Below are positions 45,622 to 56,300 of a DNA stretch of 64,000 nt, in pieces. The notes beneath the pieces were generated by a model. It was not told where the DNA came from. It did no database searches and was given only the letters and a program-made list of their open reading frames with translations. The position numbers and the translations under genes were made by a program. This DNA comes from Perkinsela sp. CCAP 1560/9 (Eukaryota > Protista > Euglenozoa: Kinetoplastea), in contig CBFFSA010000016.1 in NCBI GenBank assembly GCA_965644495.1, positions 1 through 64,000 of the forward strand, read 5' to 3'. Each line of letters opens with the position of its first letter. The first letter of the stretch is position 1.

Positions 45622-45936
45622 TCATGATCCATTTTTTTTCAACTCTTCAATGTGTCTTTCTATTAAAGAAGGATCTGTCGTTTGATCTGCATTGTATATG
45701 GTGCACGTTACGGCCTTTCCTCCCCCGAAATCAAACGTAAGAGGAAATCCGGTCACATCAGGCTTTATACTCAAACCATCAAAATGACGCACTTGTGTAC
45801 TTGTGATCCAGTATGGGCTCTTGAACAAATGCACCTCGGCAATAACTGATAACTCTTTAGAAGGCTGCTCCGGATATTTTTTACCAGATTTTGCACTGAT
45901 AGCCGTGTACGCAAGTGCAGCTGTGCGTTGTAGCAT
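45622..45936 (-). CDS. Small Tc-38/RBP38-like (ArdC-N-related ssDNA-binding) protein, probably mitochondrial
   Basis: SGKKY..L....FKSPYWIT..Q....IKP....YNADQTTDP pattern; short MLQR-type N-terminus resembling kinetoplastid mitochondrial presequences. Confidence 0.65.
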   Translation of the reverse strand: MLQRTAALAYTAISAKSGKKYPEQPSKELSVIAEVHLFKSPYWITSTQVRHFDGLSIKPDVTGFPLTFDFGGGKAVTCTIYNADQTTDPSLIERHIEELKKNGS

Positions 45937-46207
45937 GGCTATCTAAGTAGAATATGCGCAAAAATCTGTTCTATGTTCACACTTCAGGTAAATTATATCT
46001 ACAACTATAACATCAATAATGCAATCACTAATTTTCAAGATGGTTTCTGTGGACCGTATGAATTGCACAGAACGGAAGCTAATAAACGCAGATGCAATTC
46101 GCCTGAACTAGTTCTTCTAATTTTCTGAGATGTTTTACTTGTACAGTAATCATACATACAGTATAATGTCATTACACCCTTATACAATATGCTCTTATAT
46201 TGTAATG

Positions 46208-46606
46208 TCATTTTTTGATAGGGCAGCACGATTTAGTTATTCTGTGATTCATTGCTTTTGATTTGTTACCTGTGCAATGCTTCTTTTTCCGAAGCTGTCG
46301 GACCCGCTGTGATACGTTTCGGCTGGTTTTTAGCACGTAAAATCTCTGGAATGGAGTCAAAGTGTGTATGCTTGGAAAAATTAACGACCCTGGCATGTGC
46401 TCCGCTATACCACGAGGCAATAGAGGTTTCTTAATTGTGCTTGGTTTGGGATGCGATATATCAAATACAGTATTAATGCTTGATAGAATCCCGTTTGATG
46501 TTGTAAGAAAAACATCAAGAAAGTTTCGGTGCTGAGAAGCAATATTTTTTTGCTTAACCAAGGATGTGATAACGCGACTCCCTCTCAGAATATGTGTTCG
46601 CATCAT
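46208..46606 (-). CDS. Small basic protein, possibly mitochondrial (mS38/Cox24-like basic C-terminus, weak)
   Basis: ATG directly after TAG; MMRTHILR N-terminus; C-terminal RVRQLRKKKH. Confidence 0.45.
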   Translation of the reverse strand: MMRTHILRGSRVITSLVKQKNIASQHRNFLDVFLTTSNGILSSINTVFDISHPKPSTIKKPLLPRGIAEHMPGSLIFPSIHTLTPFQRFYVLKTSRNVSQRVRQLRKKKHCTGNKSKAMNHRITKSCCPIKK

Positions 46607-46857
46607 CTATAGTCGAAGTACAGAGGTAGATTTTTGTCGGCAAAATATCTATAGTATTGTGGTAGGTCAATTGTAGTACTAACAAAAAAATTCATTCATT
46701 TACAAAAGAAAAAGGTACTTTAAAAACGATTGTCCGACTTCAAGGGAGAAAGGTGAAATCACGTAAGCTAAACTTCCTGAAGTGCGAAAAAAAAAACTGG
46801 TAAGAGCATTACTTGTAGTATGGCGAAAGATTGGTATTCTACAATGTGTATCTGGCA

Positions 46858-47481
46858 CTATGTATTTCCAATGCAATCAGGAAACATCAAGAGGGAATGT
46901 GCTTCTCTCTGCAATGCATCTATACTCTCAATGGAAGGCGCTGTATCAGTATAGGTTCTAAGAATATCGAACAAATATTGCACGTCACGATCTATATCAC
47001 ACTGTTTGGTGTTATTTCCTGCAGCTTGTCGGGTGCTCTCAGCTTGGGAAGAATTGAAGCCCTCTTCGAACGGCACAACCCGAATCGGCCTGCGATGCCA
47101 CGCTTCCACAAATTCCTGTTCCAGTTGCTCACGCCGTGAGTTGCTCTCTCTGTCAGCTCGTATTAGTACCTCTTGTCGTTTCTTTTCTTTTCTCTCTCTG
47201 AAATCTAGCAAATCGCGCATCTGTTTGTGGGTGTTCAGTTCCTGACTCACGGAGGTAAGTTTCTTCGTCCTCTCCCTCCGAAGCTCACTGTCGTATTCTT
47301 CACGGGAGGTGCGATCACGTAGCACGGTATATGCTTCCTGTACACGGAAGAATGCCTTAGATGCTCCAAGAGAAGAATCTTTATCCGGATGATAAAGCAA
47401 GGAAGCATGTCTATATGCTTTTTGTATAGCAGCAAAAGTCGACTTGGAATCTACACCAAGAGTCTCATAGTGGGTAGACAT
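46858..47481 (-). CDS. DnaJ (type III) protein
   Basis: HYETLGV..AYRHASLLYHPDK..EAYTVLRD..REEYD, followed by a coiled coil. Confidence 0.92.
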   Translation of the reverse strand: MSTHYETLGVDSKSTFAAIQKAYRHASLLYHPDKDSSLGASKAFFRVQEAYTVLRDRTSREEYDSELRRERTKKLTSVSQELNTHKQMRDLLDFRERKEKKRQEVLIRADRESNSRREQLEQEFVEAWHRRPIRVVPFEEGFNSSQAESTRQAAGNNTKQCDIDRDVQYLFDILRTYTDTAPSIESIDALQREAHSLLMFPDCIGNT

Positions 47482-47628
47482 GGCATTCAGAAGATTTTAT
47501 TATATAGAATATAAGATTTTCTATAATCATAAAAGATAGCAAAATGTCACGTCTTATGTTACACAGATGCGATTGTTACACTACTTACACATCAAATTAA
47601 GTGAAGCAAACGTAGCAACGATAGAATC

Positions 47629-48957
47629 CTAATCTTGAAGAAAGGATGGACGATCGAGTTGAGTCCATTTGACTGTGCCACCGGACCCAACGTTTTCTAA
47701 AAATGAGCTAATAATTCTCACAAAAGGATTTTCCTGTACACTAAGTGATTTGGGTTTCAGAGTTGCCCGGTCATGAGACTTTACTTGCAGCAACGCATCC
47801 GTCATCCGCAGTACAGCAATTTTTACCGAACTCTCTTGCCGGGCGCGCCGGAGCGCAATCACGTCACCCTCATTCACAATTACACTCGCAGATCGTATCT
47901 CCCGGAGCCAACGCTCGGGGGAAGTTCCTCGACCTTCCTCGGGGTCCGGACTACAATCGAAAAACAGCATTTCCGAGCGAAATGCGGACAGAGCAGCGCG
48001 AAAGGCCGCCCGGAAGTGTTCCCGCACAACGTCGGTTCCCATGGTGCTGTCCTGGAGATGAATCACACACAAATTCGGGGACGTCCGCCCTGAACGAAGA
48101 CAGTGATACCGAATCCGTGCAGCGGTGAGAGGATTCACACGTAGAGGGTCAAGGCTCGGGGGAGTGGATGTCGGGGAATCTCGGGAGGTTGTGTGACGTT
48201 GTTGTTGTTGTTGGTATTTCTGCCGCTGTTGTTGGCCTCGTGGCTGCTGTTGTCTGCCTCTCCCATGGTTGGTGAAGGAAAACGGCCCACCGCCACCTCC
48301 GCCACCGAATAAACTCGCGAATGGGTTGAATCCACCGGAACCCGAACTGAAGAGGTCTGTAAAAGGGTGAGAGCCCCGGTGGGGGCCGCCCCCAAAGGAG
48401 GTGAATACATACGTGCCGTCCGGTCCAGCTTGGTAGAAACCCCCGCGATTGGGTCGGCTCGCTGATGCCGCGCTTTGCTCAAACTGTTCGCCCAGGAGGT
48501 CGTACTGCTTCCTCTTCTCCGGGTCGGACAACACCGTGTAGGCTTTGTTAATGTCCTTGTACCGCTCCCTGGCGCTGTCATCAGTGTTCTTGTCAGGGTG
48601 GTACTTCCAGGAGAGTTTTTTGTATGCGCGTTTGATTTCTTTTGTATCCGCGTTGCGTGGTACGCCAAGGAGTTGGTAGTAATCGGCAGGGGTGGTGGGC
48701 TTTTGAGGTTGGGATGCTTGCCGGCGCCGAGAGTCACGGGCATGCAGTGAATAAAGAGAGACGGATCGCCATGGGGAAAGTAATGTGTGACCACGAAAAG
48801 AATCCGGTCTTAGATGCAGCGCGTTACGTATCAGTATTTCGAGGTTGCCGCATGGCGCAACCATAGAAAGTAACATTGGCAGAATGAAACATTGAAACCT
48901 CAATTGCGGAACAACCGACCCTCTGTAACTCTTCAACCTTAATGCATTGAGTGTCAT
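47629..48957 (-). CDS. DnaJ protein with G/F-rich region; start uncertain
   Basis: [43 protein letters not shown]- and Q-rich linker. Confidence 0.88.
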   Translation of the reverse strand: MTLNALRLKSYRGSVVPQLRFQCFILPMLLSMVAPCGNLEILIRNALHLRPDSFRGHTLLSPWRSVSLYSLHARDSRRRQASQPQKPTTPADYYQLLGVPRNADTKEIKRAYKKLSWKYHPDKNTDDSARERYKDINKAYTVLSDPEKRKQYDLLGEQFEQSAASASRPNRGGFYQAGPDGTYVFTSFGGGPHRGSHPFTDLFSSGSGGFNPFASLFGGGGGGGPFSFTNHGRGRQQQPRGQQQRQKYQQQQQRHTTSRDSPTSTPPSLDPLRVNPLTAARIRYHCLRSGRTSPNLCVIHLQDSTMGTDVVREHFRAAFRAALSAFRSEMLFFDCSPDPEEGRGTSPERWLREIRSASVIVNEGDVIALRRARQESSVKIAVLRMTDALLQVKSHDRATLKPKSLSVQENPFVRIISSFLENVGSGGTVKWTQLDRPSFLQD

Positions 48958-49242
48958 TGAAGTATAAAATAAGTTAGTGTATGAAACTGTGTATGAAGAA
49001 GGGACAAGAAAATGTATTGAAAGAGAGCAAAGGTTATTATCTCATTCAAGGATAGAAAATCTATAAAGAAATATACGAAAAATAGAATCACTTCTATTTT
49101 CTGACCAAGATACAGCTTATACGATGCACTTCCCAACTTTTCCCTCTTATCACGTACTTATCCAACAAATTCCCTTTCAGTGCGTCACTAGTACCTAGTG
49201 GACTACCTCTCGTCGTATCCATTCACTTCAAGTCCAATATGA

Positions 49243-49455
49243 TTATGCCACCGGAAGTTCCTGTGTTCTCTTCGCCCGAAGCGCCGCCTGGGCCTTCGCT
49301 CCTTGGTTGTGCTTCACACTAAATCGGTTGTTTCGTCGCACTGCAGGATACAGACCCCTCATTGAAAATTTCTTGAAAAATCGCGGCTTGTGAATTCCAT
49401 TCCGATGTTGCTTTCGACTCTGGTTGTGATTGGTATGATTCTTAGATTTCGCCAT
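49243..49455 (-). CDS. RPL29: 60S ribosomal protein L29 (eL29)
   Basis: MAKSKNHTNHNQSRKQHRNGI. Confidence 0.98.
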   Translation of the reverse strand: MAKSKNHTNHNQSRKQHRNGIHKPRFFKKFSMRGLYPAVRRNNRFSVKHNQGAKAQAALRAKRTQELPVA

Positions 49456-49720
49456 GGAAACTATAGGTAATGTAACAATTATTGATAAATTTGAAACTAC
49501 GAATGAGTCTAAAAGACAAACAGCATTTACTAGTACTACTGTATAACGAAAACTAAAAAAAGTCTAAAAATGTGCATGATACGCACAAATCTAAGGAAAA
49601 TGATTTCTTTCTGAAATTTCCATGAAAAGCAACTTCATTTTATGATAAACGACCTTTGGTTTGGATAATGGACATATTCTGCGCAAGCAACTGTATGCGT
49701 CGCACTCAAATACACATGAA

Positions 49721-50197
49721 TTAAGCTGGGGTTAACCCTTGTAGCAGGCCCCCTTTTCCCTGTAGCAGTTGAGGAGATCGATGATTGTAAAAGTCGACGA
49801 ATGAAATTTCACGCGGATTCGAATCTCCATTAGGCTTATCCCATATTCCAGAAGAAAAATTTGTACCGAATTCATCGATGTGCTGTTCCTTAACAGATCT
49901 AGCAAGCCATGTAGGGTCGTTGAATTCTCTCATTTCTCGCAAGTGCTGCACAAGATTCACTTTTCTTAGTTTTGTAATATTTTCAGAAATCGTTATCTTG
50001 CATTGCTGTATATATTCTGAGGGGGAATTCAGTGGTCGCAAGCACGGATAATCTAGCATTCCCACTTTTGTGATGACGCACGGTTGTATTGGTTCTTCAC
50101 TGACGATTTCCGAACGTTGGTTCCCAGCACATCGTTTCGCGGGATCTACTAAATCTATTTCCATTTTAGACATTGAATCATGTTCACAAGAATTCAT
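49721..50197 (-). CDS. SAP30BP/HCNGP-like protein
   Basis: REFNDP....IDEFGTNF..IWD resembles the HCNGP motif FRNP....IDELGTNY..FD. Confidence 0.65.
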   Translation of the reverse strand: MNSCEHDSMSKMEIDLVDPAKRCAGNQRSEIVSEEPIQPCVITKVGMLDYPCLRPLNSPSEYIQQCKITISENITKLRKVNLVQHLREMREFNDPTWLARSVKEQHIDEFGTNFSSGIWDKPNGDSNPREISFVDFYNHRSPQLLQGKGGLLQGLTPA

Positions 50198-50432
50198 GGG
50201 TGTTCAATGAATAAATTTTATAGATATCTATGGCACTATACTATACTCCGTGTATAAGCGTTACTAAGATCCGTTCTGAGAATCAAAAATTTACTCACAA
50301 ACTAAGAATTAAAACTAGAAACAGTAAAGTGACAGACTAAGTACATGCATACGAATCCATATCTACCTGTAGAGAAGAGAACTGCATGACTGATTGCTTT
50401 TCGACATATTTCTTTGAAGCCTTATACAAGAC

Positions 50433-52964
50433 TCATCCACCACGTCGCATTTGCTCTCTCGCCGCTTCTTTTACGATTTCCAGTTTTTTAGCGGCTCGGG
50501 CTACCTCTTTCTCCGCTTCTATACTTCGTATCTTGGCACGGGAAAGTTCATGATCCTTAGCCATACGATGAGATTTCGCCGTCTTAAAAGCAGTTATTCT
50601 TTGAGAAATGGCTTTTTGTGATGCCGCTTTGAAGAAGGATAATTCTTGTTGTGCTCTAGCTAAATCCTTTTGTTTCTGAGTCAAATTTTGCTCCTCGTTC
50701 CTCAGTTTGATGTAGTGTTCTTCCAAAGATTTACGGTAATCACGAGATTGGGATATATTACGCTCCAAAAGTTGTACGCATAATTCTATGGCGCGGGGTT
50801 GCATTTCTGATAAGTCCGTTGGCGAGATTTTCAGAACAGTGCTGAGGTATTGATTTTGATTATTATTGGACGGCCTACTCTGCTTGATCACATCAGCAGT
50901 ACTGAACGTCTCTAAATCTTTGGACAACTCCGAAAACTGTCTGTTCAGCTCCGATTCGAAATCAAATTTCTTCTCAGGCAAAAGTTTCTGAGCAAGATCT
51001 TCTTCACCGACGGAAAGAAGACTGCATATTTCGCCAAACTTCTCCTCATATGCCGCTTCCAGGATAGCCCTTGCGTCTGTCTCCAGTAGGGTAAGATCGT
51101 CAGACTCACTGCTCAGAAGCGTAAGAATAGTGTATGAAACTTGTTCGTGTGCAATGGAATACCATTCCCATCGCTCTCTTTCAATAAAATTTCGATCTGC
51201 TTTTTCTACTGAAGCGAAAGAATTAATCGCCGCTACATTAGTCTCATAGATCGCGTGATTTATACCTTCCATCATGAGAGCTGACCACTGGTACTCCTCT
51301 TCCACAATAACTTGCTGTCTGCTACAATATTCATTAAGCTCAAATTCATCTTTTTGAAGCATTCGGAGCCGAAGAGATTTGTTGATACTTTCTTCTTCAG
51401 CTATCAGGCTATTGTACATTTCGCCAATTCCTTGCTCCCATTGATAAAGAATAGCTTCGCGTCCGAATTGCATATTTTCATCTAATTTTTTCTGCTCTAC
51501 AGATTTTCTTTTTATAACATCCTCTAGCACTCTTTTTTGCCTAATACCAAACGATTGAATTTTCCCCCATTCTGTATCAAAGCAGTACTGGACTTCGTTG
51601 CGAAGCAAGACTTCTTTGTCTTGAAGAAGAGCTATATCTGCAACAAGTTCTTGGTGTTCTTTCAAAAGCTGTAACTTGGATCTTTCAAAATCTAAGCTCA
51701 TGTTGAATAGCCCTAATTCTTGTTCCCTCTCGTAATTGCTTCGATGTGCTTGTTCTTCCCCTTGAATTCCCAACAAGTGTACCTTTTGATGTTTAATCGC
51801 TAATTGCATTTTTTCGAGTTGCTCCTCAAGATCATGCTTCAGTCTCACAGTTGTGCTTCTTGCTTCATAAAATATACCCTGCTTTTCTTCTCGCGCTTGA
51901 AGTATAAATCCCGATACTAGTTCTCTTAATCGATACTCAAATTGGAAAGTTGCCGCCACATCGAGCTCTTTCTTGGATTGTATCAAACATCTTTCAGATA
52001 TTTCAGTACTAAGAATCTCTTTGCGAATCTGGCAAAAGGAGTCGTATAAAAACCGAAAACGTTGTCTGTGTTGCTTTTCTTGCTCCTTCAGTGCGCTTCT
52101 TTCTTGCTCCATGCTCCCCATTAGAGAAATATATTCCCTGGTCTGATGTATCTCTAGCTCGAAACGCAAAGAGTCTTCATTTCGCAAAATATCAGATCGT
52201 AGTTTGGCAATCACTTCATACCCTATTGCCGTTCTTTGAAAAATTCCAAGAAGAAAGTGATGTTCAATTTCCTCGTTGCACAATATCTCAGAAGTAAGAA
52301 TCGAGCACATTGCTTTCAGTTCTTGAACAGCTTTTTTGGTAGATCGGTAAGCGGTCACTTTACCTTGATGTTGCGTCACGAGATCGCTCCGTAATGCGAA
52401 TTCTGATTGATGCAATATTACGCGATTTTTTCTTTCTTCTTGAGTACACCAGGCCAGTTTCCTTTGATGAAGCTCTGCCTCTTGCAAGTGGTTCCATATG
52501 GCGAGTACATCGTTTGAAATGGTGCGCCTTGCATTGTCCTGCTGCCTCGGTAAATGATGGTAACATTGGAGTTTAATTATTCGTTCTGACTCTTCGCCCT
52601 CTGCGATATTTTCTCTCTGCACCTTTTCCCCCTCAAATAAATTCGTAAATTGATTTAGAACTTGGCGGCAACTGTCCTCCATTGAAATCATTGAAATGAA
52701 CTCATTCTCATATTCCTCAAATAGTTTGTCACGTTGTGTTTGACAAAGATGGAAAAGGTTTTTGGACTCTTTTCTGTGCTTTGCTTTTTGGTAAGGAGTG
52801 TTCATAGCAACGTTAGCCAAGGCCGCTGCCACACGTTCCTTTTTAGCAACGCTTACCTCATTTTTCTTCACAACGTTCGATGAGTGAACCCATGAAAGGT
52901 TTTCATCTGGAAGTGCTGATTTCTTTTTTGGTTGCTCAATCCTTTGCTTCTTCTTTGGTGGCAT
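50433..52964 (-). CDS. Long coiled-coil protein of unknown function, 843 aa
   Basis: E/Q/K/R/L-rich heptads; N-terminal PPKKKQR NLS-like motif. Confidence 0.8.
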   Translation of the reverse strand: MPPKKKQRIEQPKKKSALPDENLSWVHSSNVVKKNEVSVAKKERVAAALANVAMNTPYQKAKHRKESKNLFHLCQTQRDKLFEEYENEFISMISMEDSCRQVLNQFTNLFEGEKVQRENIAEGEESERIIKLQCYHHLPRQQDNARRTISNDVLAIWNHLQEAELHQRKLAWCTQEERKNRVILHQSEFALRSDLVTQHQGKVTAYRSTKKAVQELKAMCSILTSEILCNEEIEHHFLLGIFQRTAIGYEVIAKLRSDILRNEDSLRFELEIHQTREYISLMGSMEQERSALKEQEKQHRQRFRFLYDSFCQIRKEILSTEISERCLIQSKKELDVAATFQFEYRLRELVSGFILQAREEKQGIFYEARSTTVRLKHDLEEQLEKMQLAIKHQKVHLLGIQGEEQAHRSNYEREQELGLFNMSLDFERSKLQLLKEHQELVADIALLQDKEVLLRNEVQYCFDTEWGKIQSFGIRQKRVLEDVIKRKSVEQKKLDENMQFGREAILYQWEQGIGEMYNSLIAEEESINKSLRLRMLQKDEFELNEYCSRQQVIVEEEYQWSALMMEGINHAIYETNVAAINSFASVEKADRNFIERERWEWYSIAHEQVSYTILTLLSSESDDLTLLETDARAILEAAYEEKFGEICSLLSVGEEDLAQKLLPEKKFDFESELNRQFSELSKDLETFSTADVIKQSRPSNNNQNQYLSTVLKISPTDLSEMQPRAIELCVQLLERNISQSRDYRKSLEEHYIKLRNEEQNLTQKQKDLARAQQELSFFKAASQKAISQRITAFKTAKSHRMAKDHELSRAKIRSIEAEKEVARAAKKLEIVKEAAREQMRRGG

Positions 52965-53328
52965 ATTTGGAACGAAAAAAAGGAGTTACAAAATTTGACC
53001 AAATTTCACAAGTTGATATGAGTTACTAAACGTACTTATCTTGGGGATGTATAGCTGCGTACGATGTGTATACAATGCATAACCTTACATTATCCTATTC
53101 AAAAGATATTATTGATATTGCATCTATTTGCAGATACATGTTTTATGCGATTCGCACAGGAAGTACGCCTCCACGGCACTTGTTTACTGTACCCATGATA
53201 CAGAGAAGTGAAAAACATCAAAATACATGTGTGCATGCAAAGACTTCTAGAGCACTTCCAAAATACGTAAGGAAATAATCGGAACAAAGGAAAGCATCGA
53301 GAATCTTTTCAATCAAAAAATACATTTT

Positions 53329-56300
53329 TTATAAAAAATCAAAATCATCGTCGTCTAGAAAATTCTCTTTACCCTTTTGCATTTTCTCCTCGCCTTTCGG
53401 TCGAGGAACGTCGACCGAGGTAGTAGTTGTTGAAGATAAGTTGTCAATAGCTTTCATTCTGGGCTTCTGTACGACTGGTTTTCTTATTTGGGAATTTTTC
53501 TTGGGCTTTTCACGGTAGTCACTGTCTGCCTCAGTAGATGAATCATAATCATCCTCTCCGCTTGAGGTTGAAAAATCAATTGTGGATGACGACTGTTCGT
53601 CGTCATCCGAGTGCAAATACTTTTTCGGTTTTTTCCTCTCATTCTTCGTAATATTTTCAGGTCGTTCCTTTCTATTTTTTGGCCCCGCGTCTATTTTCCT
53701 GGTGTTAATTCTTTTTTGCGACTGATCTATACTCGAGGGCACGTCTCGCGTATCGAGTGCGTCGACACCAAAAGCATCTAGATCAAATTCGGTAGGTTCC
53801 GGGACTTGAACCTTGGACGCGGCAGCTTTGTTTTGATTCTTCGCAGTCGGTCTTCTCCTTCCCATAACACCCAATGGCACATCATCACTGTCTGTCCCGG
53901 CCTCAGATGTCTCTACTGAGTACTCGGAACCCGTCTCAGAAGAAAGTGAATAAGCTAAGCTTTCAGACGATTCGCTCCAAAAACTCTTTCGCTGACGTCT
54001 CGGCTTGACAGTTTTATTATTACCTTTTCCTTTTTCCAAGGTCCGCTTTGATGCTTTGGGAGCGCTTTGACGAGATTCGTCAAAGGATATACTATTCCTT
54101 TCTGATTCCTCTTTCAGCCGCTTTGGTTTTCTTATCGCGAGCTTTCGCTCTGCTGCCTCGCTGTCTTTTAGTAGCGCTCTTCTGGCCGTATCACTAAGAA
54201 CGGGGACTCGAATTCTTGTGGTATCATAAGTTTTTCTAGTTTTAAGTTTCCGGATGGCTTCTAGATTCTCTTTTTCACGCCCTGCAAAATATTCCTTCAA
54301 GCCTTGTTCTAATTTGATTAGATCTTCCTCCCACAAATCCTTTGCTGACTTGACCTCGAGCTCTTTGATTTGCTGTAATACGCTGGCGAGCTGTGCCTCC
54401 AACGCAGAAACCCTTTCTATGGTTAAGGACCATAGCTTCATGCTGAAAAGATAATCGTAATCCTTGGTACCTTGTAAAACTTCAGGGCTCTCCGATACAT
54501 CTGCCGAGCTCTCGGCCACCCGCAAAAGAGTATCTTCATCTTCCTTTGATTCATCAACCTGAGCAAGAGCTTGACCTTTCTTTGCACCGGAAGCTGACTC
54601 CACAGGAAAGGCACGATAGTTCTTTTTTCTCAATTCTTGTAGGAGTATTGGCTTCTTTTTCTTGCTAACCACAAGACTTCCATCAATGATTTCTTTTATA
54701 AAACGCACCATATTCCGCAGTTTCTCACAGAAATCTCGGTATTTCTTTAATAGGAGCTCCTTGCGTTTTGAGTAGAATTCAAGCCGAATTATGTAGAAGG
54801 CTTTTAGGATAGCATGGGCATCTGCATACTTTGTTAGTTTTCCGTTCTCGTCAAAACACATTAGATTAGATGCGGGAATTGAGCCGCGCAGATCGAGGCG
54901 TTCCTCCAGAATACCTTTTTCTGCCCAAGTACGTAATACCTCGGGGTGCAGAACAATATCAAAGTCTACAGTTGTATCGGTGTGGTGTTCCCGAAATGTC
55001 AAAACAAACTCTTTTTGCATCAGCTCCTCAAGATGCTGCTTGTACTGTCCTGTCCAGTACCCAATCGGTAGCTCCCGAACCTGAACCAACATGTCATTCG
55101 TGACGCGGTACGTCCCCACTGAGTTATATTTTCCGGGCTCCCGCTCCACGATAGTGCCTTGAAAGCCGTAGTACCACGGCACCATGGGGATTAGATCCCT
55201 CCCTGCCATGAGGTTGCGAATATTCTGCAAAACGTCCCAGGGGTTATGGTTGGGAATACTGGTGGCGAAACCAGTTCCGATTCCTGTGGTGCCGTTGATG
55301 AGTACCACCGGGAGAATCGGTACGTAGTGATGAGGCTCTACTGGAAATCCATCGTCGTCCTTGTATTCAAGCAGGTCATCATCTGTTTTCGGATACAAGA
55401 GACGAGCAGCTCCGCACAATCGAGTGAAAATGTAACGAGCTGAGGCACAGTCCTTGCCTCCTTGCAAGCGAGTACCAAACTGCCCGTCGGGAAACAACAG
55501 AGGTACGTTGTTCGCTCCAACATAATCCTGTGCTAAACCAACTATAGTTGCCTGCAAGGATGCCTCACCATGATGATAAGCCGCGTGCTCGGAGACGTAC
55601 CCGGCAAGTTGAGCCACTTTTATGGAACTTCTCAGGTTTCTTTTGAAGCAGCAGTACAATATTTTGCGTTGCCCAGGTTTCAACCCGTCTACAAGGGATG
55701 GAATCGATCTCTCACAGTCCGCAATCGAAAACTGGATGAGTTCTTTGTCAATGAAATCCTTGTATCTCATCCGTTTTATTCTATAGTCGAGTTGCTCTTG
55801 TGAGCTCGCCTTGTAATCTTGTATCCACCTCTTTCGCTCATCAGCCTTGTCTTTTCCGAAAGCAAGCACAATTTGTTTGTCGTCCTCTCCATCGGGCACA
55901 TAGAGAAAATCAATTTTGTGGTCACGGAGGTTTGAAAAGTATTCTTTACCCTCTTTAGAGGTGCTTGTACCTAAACCTTTGTAGTACTTGAAGGTCCAAT
56001 TTTTCTTTTCGACGTCGCTCAGACTCCTCCTCCACTCAAGAAAGGCGTTCAATGCAAAGAAGCTCTTCACTTCGCCCGATCTTTTAGCGAAAGCTTTGAC
56101 AATCGGGGTAATGAATTGAGTGAGAAAACCAGGAAGTCGCGCAAGAGAGGGCCAAAAAGAGTGAATAAAGTTCACGATCAAACCTTTGATATGGCTGCCA
56201 TCCTGGTCTTGATCTGACATAACCATGATATGACCATAACGAAGACCGTCTGCGCTTGTATATTGCGTCCCGATCTTTATTCCCATAATTTTCATAATGG

